A stretch of DNA of 32,000 bases from Candidatus Methanoperedens sp. GTDB lineage: Archaea > Halobacteriota > Methanosarcinia > Methanosarcinales > Methanoperedenaceae. The stretch is from contig JAPZAR010000011.1 in the NCBI GenBank assembly GCA_027460535.1, positions 1-32,000 of the forward strand, written 5' to 3'. The position numbers and the translations under genes were made by a program. Every line of letters starts with the position of its first letter. Positions within the stretch are counted from its first letter, which is position 1. Of this stretch, positions 14,652-26,434 are shown piece after piece. The notes under the pieces were generated by a model. It saw only the letters and a program-made list of their open reading frames with translations. It did not search any database and was not told where the DNA came from.

Positions 14652-15266
14652 GTATTTTCACCCCTTAATAATCACTGTGATTTACTTTGGTTTATCGATA
14701 CTACCTGATAAAGGTTTATGAACTTTTAAGATGCAAGAGAGTTTGGTGTTAAGAGAGATATATGCAACCGATATAGAAACCTCAGATTAACCCGGATTAC
14801 CAGTGTTTATCTGCGATCTTTTGAGACTCTGCAACACCAAAAAAATTACAACAATGAGAATGAAAAGCTATATATATGATTAATAATTATAATTATTATT
14901 ATGATAATTACCATAATCTGAATTGACATGGTAATGATTAATAGGAGACTGTGTGAAAAAAATATGGAATGCAAGCATTTGAAGGTTGGTTGTGTCACAC
15001 GCATCATAAACCAGACATGGGAAGAAAAGCGTGCATGTGATTGCGGAATTCGCTGCGTCTATCAAAACAATCCATCCCCTAACCCTTTGAAGTAGACTCC
15101 TAAAGGACACCTGATTATTGGCAGGGTGGAAAGTCAAAGATTTGAAAAACAACCCGGATTTTACCCCTTTGGTTTGCGACCTTTTAAGATCAGGATAAGG
15201 TTCTGCTTATTCCTATCGTCCGCAAGAGCTTGAAAAACATCCATCCCCTCTCATGTTTTTTTAATA

Positions 15267-15773
15267 CTACGATCTAATACCTTCAATGGCATTCCTTGCA
15301 TCTTCATAAATATCAACACCGAGCCACATCACTCTTGCAAGTTTATCCAGAGCATCCAGCGCCTCACTTTTAGATATTATCCCCAATTTAGCAGACCTTA
15401 TCAGTACACCTATTGAACCAACGACCTCAAGCCCCATTCCAATTGCAAACCTCCTTGCTGCAAGGTCATCAATGAGTATCAGGCATTTCCTTTTTCTTGC
15501 AAGCATTATTGCGGATGACTCTCCAATATCTATGCCAGCGCTTTCTGCAATTTCCTTTACACCGCTACTTTTGCCCTGGTCTATCAATAGCCATCCGTTT
15601 TCCAGTTCACTCTCTATCAAAAAAGCATCTGCTGCGCCCTCGTCCTTACCCCTGTCAACAACCTCAAGTTTGACCTCATGCGGTATTACCACCTCGCCAA
15701 ACAGTTCCTTAAGAAGTTTAAGACGGTCTATTCTTGCAAGATGGATGAGCGGACCCGAATTGCTTACTATCAT
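15267..15773 (-). CDS. DUF3368-type PIN-like nucleic-acid-binding protein (putative toxin)
   Basis: Starts at MIVSNSGPLIHLARI. ATGA overlap with the upstream UPF0175 gene. Later contains ..LILIDDLAARR... Confidence 0.7.
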   Translation of the reverse strand: MIVSNSGPLIHLARIDRLKLLKELFGEVVIPHEVKLEVVDRGKDEGAADAFLIESELENGWLLIDQGKSSGVKEIAESAGIDIGESSAIMLARKRKCLILIDDLAARRFAIGMGLEVVGSIGVLIRSAKLGIISKSEALDALDKLARVMWLGVDIYEDARNAIEGIRS

Positions 15774-16072
15774 GCCTTCATAGCCCACTTAATATCGGCA
15801 TTCAAATCCTCTTTTTCGTATCTGAAGGGAAGGTTACGCCTCTTGATCTCCTCAAGTGCTGCTCTGTATGTTATTCCAGCCTTCTTTGCAGCTTTCCAGA
15901 GGGAGATTTTCCCCTCAGCGTATGATTGAAAGGCTTTTTTTATCCGGTATTCACGGAGCGCCTCGCCTATGAGCTTGCGCAGCATCGTGCCTTTGTCGAG
16001 GACTTCCTGCTTGCAGGCTTCTTCGATATCGTTTATGTATTGCTCTGGCAGGCGGATGGAGATTGTTTTCAT
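15770..16072 (-). CDS. RHH plus UPF0175-family antitoxin-like protein
   Basis: MKTISIRLPEQYINDIE (ribbon-helix-helix type) followed by ...YAEGKISLWKAAKKAGITYRAALEEIKRRN (UPF0175 HTH pattern). Confidence 0.65.
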   Translation of the reverse strand: MKTISIRLPEQYINDIEEACKQEVLDKGTMLRKLIGEALREYRIKKAFQSYAEGKISLWKAAKKAGITYRAALEEIKRRNLPFRYEKEDLNADIKWAMKA

Positions 16073-16377
16073 AATGATTACATTTTATTATAACGTATAC
16101 TTAAGCCTGTTGGTTGCGGTTTGCGTCTTTTTTGTAGCAAGGTGATTAATGATGCTGAGGCGATTGCGGACTGGAATATGAAGCATTTCGGGCTGGAGTG
16201 AGGATGCCTTTTTTCTATTTTAAACAATAAACCTAGAAAAATAGATGCGGGAATGGACAGCTATATACTATGAATAATAATTTATATATTAGTTTTACTA
16301 TTAGATAATATGTAGACCTTAAATGAACCCTGATGAAATTGATGAAATTGTAAAGAATGGTTTGGAGAGTTTGAAAA

Positions 16378-17358
16378 CTATCCAGGGATTTGAAAAATAA
16401 GGTTCATTATTTTGTATGGTTCTGCGGCTGCCAATCCAATCTGTACTAGGTAATCTTCGATATACTCAATCGCAACATCAAGCTTTCTTTCTGCAGCTAT
16501 TTTTCCATTATTACACAAATTGGCAATTACTTCCAATATAGAGTCTTCATCTTTTCTACTTATAGCCAGTTTTCCAACTCTTGTTAAGTGATTAAAAACA
16601 TGCTCTGATATTTTTCCTTCTTCGTCCTTTAATAAAGTTTCATTTTTGAATACACGGCCAGTATTTTCACCTATGGCTTTCAATCCATCTCTAACGGTTT
16701 CATAGTCATATTTCATCATCGAGCCGCGCACTATATCAATAATCGGCTGAATCGGGTCTTTCTCCATATCAATTATAGGTTGAATTGGGTTCTTCTTGTC
16801 TAATTGTATAGAGGATAGAATATTCTGCCTTGTTATCCTCTCAGCCAGTATATTAATCACAGTAGTGGGCTTCAGCAATTCGAGAGTGTTCCAAATATAC
16901 GGCACCAGCGCCACAAACGCAAATACTCCAAGATAATAAGCAAACGAAACATGCGCCTCAAGATTCGATAGCCTGCCCACCTGCGGATTCTCAATCATCT
17001 TCAGCACACCCAGCCCGTAAAAAATAGCAATCCCATAAATCCCCATCAGTATCCACAAATCCGGCGCCTTCTTAAACACCTCATTCACTCTCTCCGAATA
17101 CGACTGCGCCGCAAGCTGCACGGCAACAAGGCTCAACGTCACCACAAGCGCCACGATTGCAGCCTCGCTCTGCACGAGCGCGCTGAGCATGTATCGGGCA
17201 CTGTCCACGTCGGTGTGAAGGAAGTAACGATAAGAGAAAACGATATGCAAGGCTGTAATTATAACGGCGCCGAGAGCGAAATATAGCGTCAGTCTGTTCA
17301 ACCATTTCGGTTCGTTCAACCAAGGAAATATCTTTGATTTGAACTCTTTAATCGGCAT
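16378..17358 (-). CDS. Membrane protein with N-terminal TM bundle and soluble C-domain (DUF2254-like?)
   Basis: ORF track 326 aa. It contains a 2 x 33-nt tandem repeat (16735-16800) encoding NPIQPIIDMEK/DPIQPIIDIVR. The family call is from memory only. Confidence 0.5.
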   Translation of the reverse strand: MPIKEFKSKIFPWLNEPKWLNRLTLYFALGAVIITALHIVFSYRYFLHTDVDSARYMLSALVQSEAAIVALVVTLSLVAVQLAAQSYSERVNEVFKKAPDLWILMGIYGIAIFYGLGVLKMIENPQVGRLSNLEAHVSFAYYLGVFAFVALVPYIWNTLELLKPTTVINILAERITRQNILSSIQLDKKNPIQPIIDMEKDPIQPIIDIVRGSMMKYDYETVRDGLKAIGENTGRVFKNETLLKDEEGKISEHVFNHLTRVGKLAISRKDEDSILEVIANLCNNGKIAAERKLDVAIEYIEDYLVQIGLAAAEPYKIMNLIFQIPG

Positions 17359-17446
17359 ACCAACGAGTAGAGACAGTTGTAAGACGTATAAAACTATTGA
17401 AAAGATTGATGTGCTATATGGTCAATATTAAGATAGAAGCATAATT

Positions 17447-17737
17447 ATGGATGTTCTTGCAATCGTTAAGAGAAATAAGACTTTCCTGAAAGAAAGGTTT
17501 GGAGTCAAAAAAATTGGTGTTTTCGGCTCAATGGCGAGGGGAGAATCTAAGGAAGAAAGCGATGTTGACGTGCTGGTGGAGTTTGTGAGCACAAAAATAA
17601 GCTTTGACAACTTTATGGAATTGAGCTTCTACCTTGAAGACCTTTTTGGAAAAAAGGTTGATTTAATCACCACTAGCGGGTTGGACAAGTATATTCGTCC
17701 CTATGTGGAAAAAGAGGTCGTCTGGTGTGAAAAGTGA
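17447..17737 (+). CDS. mntA: MNT-type nucleotidyltransferase antitoxin
   Basis: Contains [23 protein letters not shown] (GS..RG...DxD NTase motif). Confidence 0.8.
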   Translation: MDVLAIVKRNKTFLKERFGVKKIGVFGSMARGESKEESDVDVLVEFVSTKISFDNFMELSFYLEDLFGKKVDLITTSGLDKYIRPYVEKEVVWCEK

Positions 17738-18068
17738 TGAAGTTTATATAAAACATATTCTCGATGAAATTGGATTTCTAAAGACGCAGAGCATAAATTT
17801 AGAGCTTGGAGACCTCATGAAAAATGAAGTTTTAAAACGCGCTTTTCCAAGAAGCATAGAAATTATAGGTGAGGCAGCCAAAAACGTTTCCAATCCCTTA
17901 AAAGAAAAATATCCCGAAATCGAATGGAAGAAAATTGCGGGAATGAGAGACAAATTGATTCATGCATATTTTGGAATTAGCTGGGACATAGTATGGGATG
18001 TTATCAAGAATAAGCTTCCTGAGATTGAAAAAAGCATAAAGATCCTAAAAGAAAAAGAATTCGATTAA
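17727..18068 (+). CDS. hepT: HepT (DUF86/HEPN) toxin
   Basis: ORF track 17703..18068. The likely start is the GTG at 17727, overlapping the MNT stop. Contains R..IEIIGEA and ..MRDKLIHAY (HEPN Rx4-6H). Confidence 0.8.
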   Translation: MKSDEVYIKHILDEIGFLKTQSINLELGDLMKNEVLKRAFPRSIEIIGEAAKNVSNPLKEKYPEIEWKKIAGMRDKLIHAYFGISWDIVWDVIKNKLPEIEKSIKILKEKEFD

Positions 18069-18084
18069 TAAGACAATCTACCTT

Positions 18085-18265
18085 CAATCACCCTCGCCGA
18101 ATATGCTTGCGCCGCAAGCTGCACATCAATAAGGCCAAAGTAACCACACGCGTGTCGAGCATAGTACGGACGCTGTCCACATCTGTGTGCAGGAAGCCAA
18201 AGTAAGAAAAAAAATACTTGCAAGATATGATTATCGCAGCACAAAGGGCCGGAATAAAGCGCTTA
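18085..18265 (-). pseudogene. Degenerate partial duplicate of the 5' coding part of the 16378..17358 membrane-protein gene
   Basis: 18097-18125 (ccgaatatgcttgcgccgcaagctgcac) matches 17093-17121. Similarity of about 75% by eye continues for about 180 nt with a deletion of about 27 nt. Confidence 0.6.
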
Positions 18266-18268
18266 TAT

Positions 18269-18306
18269 TAAAAAAAATAAAAATCGTGGGCACCCGTTGT
18301 GCCCAT
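18269..18306 (-). terminator. groEL terminator: hairpin tgggcac-N5-gtgccca followed by an oligo-T run
   Basis: The minus strand reads atgggcacaacgggtgcccacgatttttatttttttt, starting 26 nt after the groEL stop. Confidence 0.6.
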
Positions 18307-18331
18307 CTGTTCCTACTGATCCAATTCCAAA

Positions 18332-20237
<1,906 letters not shown>

Positions 20238-20698
20238 CTTCTTTTTAACTCAAAAAATTTTATGATATAATTATCTTTCACGCTTTTTAGAAATCCGCCC
20301 GCAAGAACTGCGGCAGCCGCCCCCGGCCTCATAATCCTCAATCTTCGGCGATAACGCCGCTTTTCATAATTAACACGGGCTGACCCGTTAAATATCCTGC
20401 CATTGTAACCTCCGTAAATATTCGATCCTTTCTAGCAATTTTCCCACATGCACGGGGTTTTTCCATTGTTTGCAATTCTATATAAAAGTTGCTCAAAAAT
20501 ATAATAAATTGATAAAAATAAATTCCAGAAATCTGAACCTGTTAAGAATAGGTTATAAGAGATGATATTATTTCCTATCGTCCTTTTGCTTCCTTTTCTC
20601 TTACGGTCTTCCTGGTTTTAATTGCTGGCCCCATTTGTATCCTCGCAGTGGATGGACAGATACAACCCCGGGCAATGTGATCTGAGATAAGCGATGAA

Positions 20699-20771
20699 GC
20701 CTCGGGAGGGATTTGAACCCTCGACCTAGAGATTACAAATCTCTCGCTCTGCCAGGCTGAGCCACCGAGGC
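20699..20771 (-). tRNA. tRNA-Thr (anticodon UGU)
   Basis: The reverse complement is GCCTCGGTGGCTCAGCCTGGCAGAGCGAGAGATTTGTAATCTCTAGGTCGAGGGTTCAAATCCCTCCCGAGGC. Acceptor stem is GCCTCGG/CCGAGGC and D stem is GCTC/GAGC. The anticodon stem AGAGA/TCTCT has loop TTTGTAA. The T arm is GAGGG-TTCAAAT-CCCTC. No CCA is encoded. Confidence 0.9.
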
Positions 20772-20791
20772 GGTGGGCTTTTAAGGTCGGG

Positions 20792-20804
20792 CTAAAATTT
20801 AAAA
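20792..20804 (-). promoter_or_regulatory. TATA-like box (ttttaaatttta) about 25 nt upstream of the tRNA-Thr 5' end
   Basis: Position and AT-rich sequence only. Confidence 0.4.
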
Positions 20805-20814
20805 GCTTCGGTAT

Positions 20815-22467
20815 TCAGTCCTCATCAACCAATTTTATATCCGGCTCCTCTGGCACAAGTATGCCCTGTATGATCACTGCGTATGCAGGTCTTGCTATAA
20901 AGACCCCGATAAGCACGCCCACTATGGTAATTTCAGCAAAACCCCGGAGGGCGTTGGAATCCATGAACAAGATAAGGGGCAACATTGCCACAAGAACCGT
21001 CGCGGCGGCAGCAAAGATAATTGCAAACGCTTTCGAGATTCGGGACTGGTACACCTTATTTGGAGGCATGAAGCCGCCAGCAAGCACTTCATCCGTGATG
21101 ATTATGAGATGGTCTACCCCTGTGCCTATGACCGCAATAATACCTGCAATGGTCGCAAGATCAAGCTGCAATCCGATAAAGGGGAGCGATGCAAAACCCA
21201 GTATGATGATGACTTCACTGAAAGACGTAGCGAGCATAGGAATCGTTATGTTGGGCTGTTTATATCGCAGGGCAACAACAATCGCAACAAGTATCAGAGC
21301 TATAAGTCCGGCAATCAATACCTGCTCCTTAAATTTCTGGCCGAGAGGTGCAGGGACCTCGCCTGAACCTGCCTCATTCACATTGACAGGCAGCGCTCCT
21401 GCTCTCAAGTGGAGCTGGAGTTCTGTTGCTTTTGTATGGCCATCATCGCCTGTTCCTGTAGTGGCGACAAGGTCTTTCACAGGTACGCTCTGTATGTTCT
21501 TTGCAAGGTCGGGGGCCAGCGGTGCATCAAATACAAGGTTATTATCAAGATACATGCTCAGGTAATGGGCACCGGGGTTGGTCACTGCGCCATATTTTAT
21601 CGCTGCATCTCGAAGCGCTGTAGCACCATCATCACTGAGCTCGAAAGGCACACCCCACGCATTTCCCCTTTGTGTCTGGACCGGATCCACCCTTTTGATT
21701 TCGGTCCCATAAACTACATGAGCGGTCTCGTTCCCCTGCACCTGTATCCTGATCTCGAATTTGCCGGGGGTCAATGCAAGTCTTCTTGCTTCTTCTACTG
21801 CAATTCCTGGCATATCAACGAGAAGGTAATTATCTCCGATAGGCGTAATTGTTATTTGTTTAAGGGCTATCGGATTCAGTTTCGCATTAAGAACCTTGAT
21901 GGTGAGGTCACTTGTATCTTTCGTCACCCCAACCCGAAATGGCGGAATGACTTTTCCTCCAACAGGTTTTAAAATGTCATTCAACGATGCTTCAGTCACC
22001 GTTTTTCTTATTTCGAACGTGATGGCAGTGCCCTGAATGGGAACGACCTCTGTATTCAGTTTATTCTGCAGATACTTCTGTATCACCGCTATTTTGTTTG
22101 TCTGCAATGTTACTTTAGTGCCGCCTTCAGTGCCCCTGGATATTGATGATGTACCAAATCCAAATGAATCTATCACGTTCTTAGTGGTTTCTTTCGATGT
22201 TGTAAAAGTGACAGAACTTGAAGTCACTTCATTGATCGTGATCGACGTATCATTAAGCAATCTTCCAAATTCTGCCTGGATTATTTTTCCTTCGTCTGCA
22301 TCAACCTGTGCGACGGCACCCTGCAGTTGTAGCTGCAGCCATGAACCGCCATTCAGGTCAAGGCCATATTTTAGTCCAAATGTGGCTATGGAGGCAATAG
22401 AGCCCAGGATTACCAGTACGAGCAGCATGACACGTATATTCTTATAGAATGGTTCCTGATCGTTCAT
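20815..22467 (-). CDS. secD: Protein-export membrane protein SecD
   Basis: ORF track 550 aa. It has an N-terminal TM, a large periplasmic-type domain and a C-terminal 5-TM block. ATGA overlap with secF. Confidence 0.85.
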   Translation of the reverse strand: MNDQEPFYKNIRVMLLVLVILGSIASIATFGLKYGLDLNGGSWLQLQLQGAVAQVDADEGKIIQAEFGRLLNDTSITINEVTSSSVTFTTSKETTKNVIDSFGFGTSSISRGTEGGTKVTLQTNKIAVIQKYLQNKLNTEVVPIQGTAITFEIRKTVTEASLNDILKPVGGKVIPPFRVGVTKDTSDLTIKVLNAKLNPIALKQITITPIGDNYLLVDMPGIAVEEARRLALTPGKFEIRIQVQGNETAHVVYGTEIKRVDPVQTQRGNAWGVPFELSDDGATALRDAAIKYGAVTNPGAHYLSMYLDNNLVFDAPLAPDLAKNIQSVPVKDLVATTGTGDDGHTKATELQLHLRAGALPVNVNEAGSGEVPAPLGQKFKEQVLIAGLIALILVAIVVALRYKQPNITIPMLATSFSEVIIILGFASLPFIGLQLDLATIAGIIAVIGTGVDHLIIITDEVLAGGFMPPNKVYQSRISKAFAIIFAAAATVLVAMLPLILFMDSNALRGFAEITIVGVLIGVFIARPAYAVIIQGILVPEEPDIKLVDED

Positions 22468-23390
22468 GCTGTCCGCCTCCTCTTTTTTGATTTTTCAATT
22501 CTTTTCTCAGGTTGTTTTGTTCCCATATACCATCTCAAGATCCCTACATTGGTCATCCATGTGTTTATCATATCTGCGATCAGGCCAAAAATAAGGACTT
22601 CAGAAATGTCTTTTATGATATCAATACGTGTGAATGATGTAATAAGACCTGAAGATACAACGAACAATGCAACAAGAGCGGCGAGTGCAGTAGTCGTCAT
22701 GGTCAGTCCTGTGACCATTGCATCCTTTATCTTATCGTTCAATTCACCCTTGCGCTTTAACAATCGCGTTGTTAAAAGTATGTCCGTGTCAACAGAATAA
22801 CCGATAAGCATCAGAAGAGCTGCTACAGTGCCGAGGGACATCAATATCCCGAATACATCGGTCATCGCCGCAGCAAAGGCGATGTCAGCAAATGCTGAAA
22901 TCACTACTGCTAGCGACGGAACAAGAGTCCTGTAGATTATGAAGACCACGATTGCCATAAAAATGAACGAGATAACTATGGCACGAACGGCCTGCCCCTG
23001 GAGAGATTTACTGAATTGTTCTCCCATGTCCCTTATTTCGACATTGGCGAACTCAGATTTTGCTTTCGTGATCAGATCTTGCTTTAAAGATGGATCCATG
23101 GGGCTGAACTGCATTATTTTACGTTCCCCCACACTATATTTTCGCACCTCTACGCCCGGATAGTTCTGAAACTCCTCCTTCAACTGGTCAAGCGTCATTG
23201 AGCTATCAAAGATTATCGCTGTACCTCCCTTGAATTCCATACCCAGTTCTACAGGCGCGCCGGTCCTATAGGTCGTAATGGCCAGGATAGAAAGCGATAA
23301 TATGAGAAGTATTGCTGGAATAATCAGCATCTGTTTTAAGCTGAAGCTTTTGACGTACGTTTCTATAACTTTTTCATTAAACAAATTCAT
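22464..23390 (-). CDS. secF: Protein-export membrane protein SecF
   Basis: ORF track 308 aa. It has SecF topology and lies upstream of secD, as is usual in archaea. Confidence 0.85.
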   Translation of the reverse strand: MNLFNEKVIETYVKSFSLKQMLIIPAILLILSLSILAITTYRTGAPVELGMEFKGGTAIIFDSSMTLDQLKEEFQNYPGVEVRKYSVGERKIMQFSPMDPSLKQDLITKAKSEFANVEIRDMGEQFSKSLQGQAVRAIVISFIFMAIVVFIIYRTLVPSLAVVISAFADIAFAAAMTDVFGILMSLGTVAALLMLIGYSVDTDILLTTRLLKRKGELNDKIKDAMVTGLTMTTTALAALVALFVVSSGLITSFTRIDIIKDISEVLIFGLIADMINTWMTNVGILRWYMGTKQPEKRIEKSKKRRRTA

Positions 23391-23554
23391 CGCGATTCTC
23401 CTTACGGCTCATAGGACTCGTCTAGATTAGTATCAATATATTTACCTTTTGCTATTTGATAATCTATTGCTTTGAAAAACTGAAGTTGCTGGCCAGCTTC
23501 CGGTCAGGATCAAGCTTCGGTAAATATTTATCATTTGCTGTATATTAATCCCTG

Positions 23555-24019
23555 ATGCGTCCCACTATAGATGAATATTTCATGGAACTTGCCGGCATTG
23601 TTGCTAAGCGCTCGACGTGCCTGAGAAATCAGGTAGGCGCCGTCATCGTGAAAGATAAAAGGATACTTTCCACGGGTTATAACGGCGCGCCCCGGAATCT
23701 TCCGCACTGCCTTGAGATAGGCTGCATAAGACAGCAGAACAATATAGCTTCGGGAACGAGGCATGAACTCTGCAGGGCCGTGCATGCGGAACAGAATGCT
23801 ATCATACAAGCTGCGCTGCACGGGGTAAGCATCGAGAACGCAACGCTTTATTGCACGCATCAGCCATGCATCCTTTGCGCAAAGATGCTCATCAATGCCA
23901 ATATTGAAAAAGTGGTCTTCGGAACTGTCTATCCTGATAGCGATGCTTTAAAATTCTTTGAGAAGGCCGGAGTTAGGGTCGAACAATTTTCAGGCAGTTC
24001 CCCCGGGGATTCATGCTAG
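23555..24019 (+). CDS. dCMP (deoxycytidylate) deaminase
   Basis: Contains HAEQNAI and the PCILCAKMLI zinc-ligand motifs of the ComEB/dCMP deaminase family. Confidence 0.85.
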   Translation: MRPTIDEYFMELAGIVAKRSTCLRNQVGAVIVKDKRILSTGYNGAPRNLPHCLEIGCIRQQNNIASGTRHELCRAVHAEQNAIIQAALHGVSIENATLYCTHQPCILCAKMLINANIEKVVFGTVYPDSDALKFFEKAGVRVEQFSGSSPGDSC

Positions 24020-24549
24020 AGGGAATAATTGAAGTGGTAATACAGGCTGTCTGGCTGATGATTCCCGCTTATATCGCCAATCCCACGGCCGTAGTGTTCG
24101 GCGGGGGGACACCGATAGACCTTGGGAAGAACTGGAGGGACGGGAGAAGGATACTCGGCGATGGGAAAACGATACGTGGTCTGATCGGGGGAACGGCATG
24201 TGGGATACTTGCTGGCATTGCCCTGATGCAGTTTTCACCGGTCAGTTGGCTTGGAAGTTTTACTTTCGCGGCTATAATTACACTTTCTTTGGGCGCACTT
24301 CTGGGGGATATTATTAAAAGCTTTTTTAAAAGAAGGCTCGGGTTCGAGCGAGGGGCAAAATTCCCGCTTGCAGATCAGCTTGATTTCGTCGCAGGCGCGT
24401 GGATCCTCACGTATATTTTTGACCCTGCATGGTTCACTTCGAACTTCACTATACAGGTAATGATTGCCGTCCTCATATTGACGCCAATATTTCATCGCCT
24501 GACCAATATTCTCGGATATTATCTAAAAGTGAAAAAGGAGCCGTGGTAG
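24013..24549 (+). CDS. carS: CDP-archaeol synthase (DUF46 family)
   Basis: ORF track 178 aa. Membrane protein with ..PAYIANP....FGGG.PID.G...DGRRILGDGKT.RG, the CarS signature as I recall it. Confidence 0.75.
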   Translation: MLEGIIEVVIQAVWLMIPAYIANPTAVVFGGGTPIDLGKNWRDGRRILGDGKTIRGLIGGTACGILAGIALMQFSPVSWLGSFTFAAIITLSLGALLGDIIKSFFKRRLGFERGAKFPLADQLDFVAGAWILTYIFDPAWFTSNFTIQVMIAVLILTPIFHRLTNILGYYLKVKKEPW

Positions 24550-24550
24550 A

Positions 24551-25087
24551 ATGGAGACTCTTGCAGATGCTCTTAAGGAATGCGGGGCCATAAAATTTGG
24601 CGAGTTCACGCTTGCTTCGGGGAAGAAAAGCAGTTTTTATGTGGATATCAAAAAGGCGAGCACGAATCCTCGCATATTGAAAATGATAGCACATTGCATT
24701 TCAGAGGTATTGAACACCCGCTCGATTTACGCTGATTACATAGGCTGCGTGGCCCTGGGAGGCGTACCCATAGCTGTCGCTGCGGCCCTTGAAACCGACC
24801 TGCGTCTCCTGATAATAAGGAAGGAGACCAAAGAGTACGGCACAAAAGACAGGATCGTGGGTGAAATAGAGCGAGGACGGTCGGCAGTATTGGTCGAGGA
24901 TGTGACCACTACAGGCGGCTCTGTAATAAGAGCCACAAAAATATTAAGGGATGAGGGGCTCGTAATCCGTCATGTGATTGCGGTTGTAGACCGCGAAGAA
25001 GGGGCTATGAGAAATCTTGAAGATGCAGAAATTGACTTCATCTCGCTCGTGAAGGTCAGTGACCTGCTAAAAAATAAAACTAAATAG
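24551..25087 (+). CDS. pyrE: Orotate phosphoribosyltransferase
   Basis: Contains the PRPP-binding motif VLVEDVTTTGGS. The N-terminus FGEFTLASGKKSSFYVD is typical of PyrE. Confidence 0.85.
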   Translation: METLADALKECGAIKFGEFTLASGKKSSFYVDIKKASTNPRILKMIAHCISEVLNTRSIYADYIGCVALGGVPIAVAAALETDLRLLIIRKETKEYGTKDRIVGEIERGRSAVLVEDVTTTGGSVIRATKILRDEGLVIRHVIAVVDREEGAMRNLEDAEIDFISLVKVSDLLKNKTK

Positions 25088-25092
25088 AATGA

Positions 25093-25956
25093 TTAATTTA
25101 CAATGGATTTCAGCAGGTCTTTATCACGCAGAAGCCCCAACAGTTTCCGCGTGCTCGTAATTACAGGCAGCTGGTCTATCCTGTTGCGCCTCATTTTCCT
25201 GGCGCAATCGCTGACCTGCGAACTCAATACTGCGGTCTCAGGTTCACCCTTGAGCTTTATTATACCTTTTACGGGTGAACTTGGCAAATTCATTTTTGAT
25301 ACGCTGTAATATAGACTCATGGTATCACGCAGTGATTCCCACGTCCAGGCATCGTCATCCGACCCCGCAGACATGTTTGACATCTCTGTTCGGTCTTCGA
25401 TCACAGTTGCGGCGATGAGGTCTTTATCGGAAGCAACACCTAAGAGAACGAGATTTGTGTCCAGGATCGGAACAGCTTTTACATCTGCCAGTTCCATTAT
25501 CGCGCCTACTACGGAAATGGGGGTCTCGCTCCAGACCGTCACAACATTATTTCCCACGTAATCACTGATGGGATTGGTAATATCCAGTCGCGCTATTGCC
25601 CCGACAATATCTGCAATGGTGACAATACCGACAAGAGAAGTGCCATCAACCACTGGCAAACGCCTGATGTGGTTTTGCAGAATTGCATTTGCTGCATCGA
25701 CTATGGATTTTTCTGAGGAGATCGTTACCGGATTCCTCGTCATTATTATTGCGATCTGTTCTTCTTCTGGGTTTTTCAACAGGTCCGTCCGGGTCACAAT
25801 CCCGACCACCTCACCATTTTTCACGATAGGAACCCCGGAGATATGTTTAGTTTTTAGTATCTCAAGGACTTCATCCCTGGACCCGGGTAATTCTGCAGAT
25901 GCAACATCCTTGACCATAACTTCCTCAACAGTGATGCTTTCCGGAGCTTCAGCCAT
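25093..25956 (-). CDS. CBS-domain protein (four CBS repeats)
   Basis: ORF track 287 aa with repeated h.V..IMT..V.T....s...A...h......PV.D pattern. Confidence 0.75.
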   Translation of the reverse strand: MAEAPESITVEEVMVKDVASAELPGSRDEVLEILKTKHISGVPIVKNGEVVGIVTRTDLLKNPEEEQIAIIMTRNPVTISSEKSIVDAANAILQNHIRRLPVVDGTSLVGIVTIADIVGAIARLDITNPISDYVGNNVVTVWSETPISVVGAIMELADVKAVPILDTNLVLLGVASDKDLIAATVIEDRTEMSNMSAGSDDDAWTWESLRDTMSLYYSVSKMNLPSSPVKGIIKLKGEPETAVLSSQVSDCARKMRRNRIDQLPVITSTRKLLGLLRDKDLLKSIVN

Positions 25957-25969
25957 TATTTACTCCCTT

Positions 25970-26422
25970 TCACTTTTTATTTTTCCCACGCACCACAAGA
26001 ACAGGTATTTTCGAGATGCGAACTACCTTCTCTGCAACGCTCCCAAGCAGGAATCTGTCAAGGCCACTTTTTCCCAGCGTCCCCATGACAATGAGGTCCA
26101 CTGAGTTCTTTTCAGCATATTTGATTATTTCCTCTGCTGGATGCCCTTCAATCGTGAGCCTTTCCAGGTCCAATCCCTCGGCTGACGCCTTATCGGCTAC
26201 GTATTTTGTCGCCTCATCGCCTTCCTGCCTCAAAAGCTCGTACATGCTTTCCCATGCGGCATCCATCGGGATTGATGCAAAAGCCGCGGTATCAATAACA
26301 TAAATAGCATAAAGTCTTGCCTCGGTATTCTTTGCCAGATCAATTCCGTAGTCAACCGCCTTTTTCGTATACTCCGAACCGTCTGTTGCGATTAAAATCT
26401 TTTTACACATTTTGCTTGCCAT
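25970..26422 (-). CDS. Universal stress protein (UspA family)
   Basis: Contains KKILIATDGSEYTKKA and ...DLIVMGTLGKSGLDRFLLGSVAEKVVR...PVLVV. Confidence 0.85.
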   Translation of the reverse strand: MASKMCKKILIATDGSEYTKKAVDYGIDLAKNTEARLYAIYVIDTAAFASIPMDAAWESMYELLRQEGDEATKYVADKASAEGLDLERLTIEGHPAEEIIKYAEKNSVDLIVMGTLGKSGLDRFLLGSVAEKVVRISKIPVLVVRGKNKK

Positions 26423-26434
26423 ACGTTCTCTCCT

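Noticed and set aside
14880-15152. ORF 14880..15152(-), 90 aa.
   Set aside because: It lies in an AT-rich intergenic region with a low-complexity N-rich tail (..YHNNNYNY). It has no RBS or start context and no recognisable motif.
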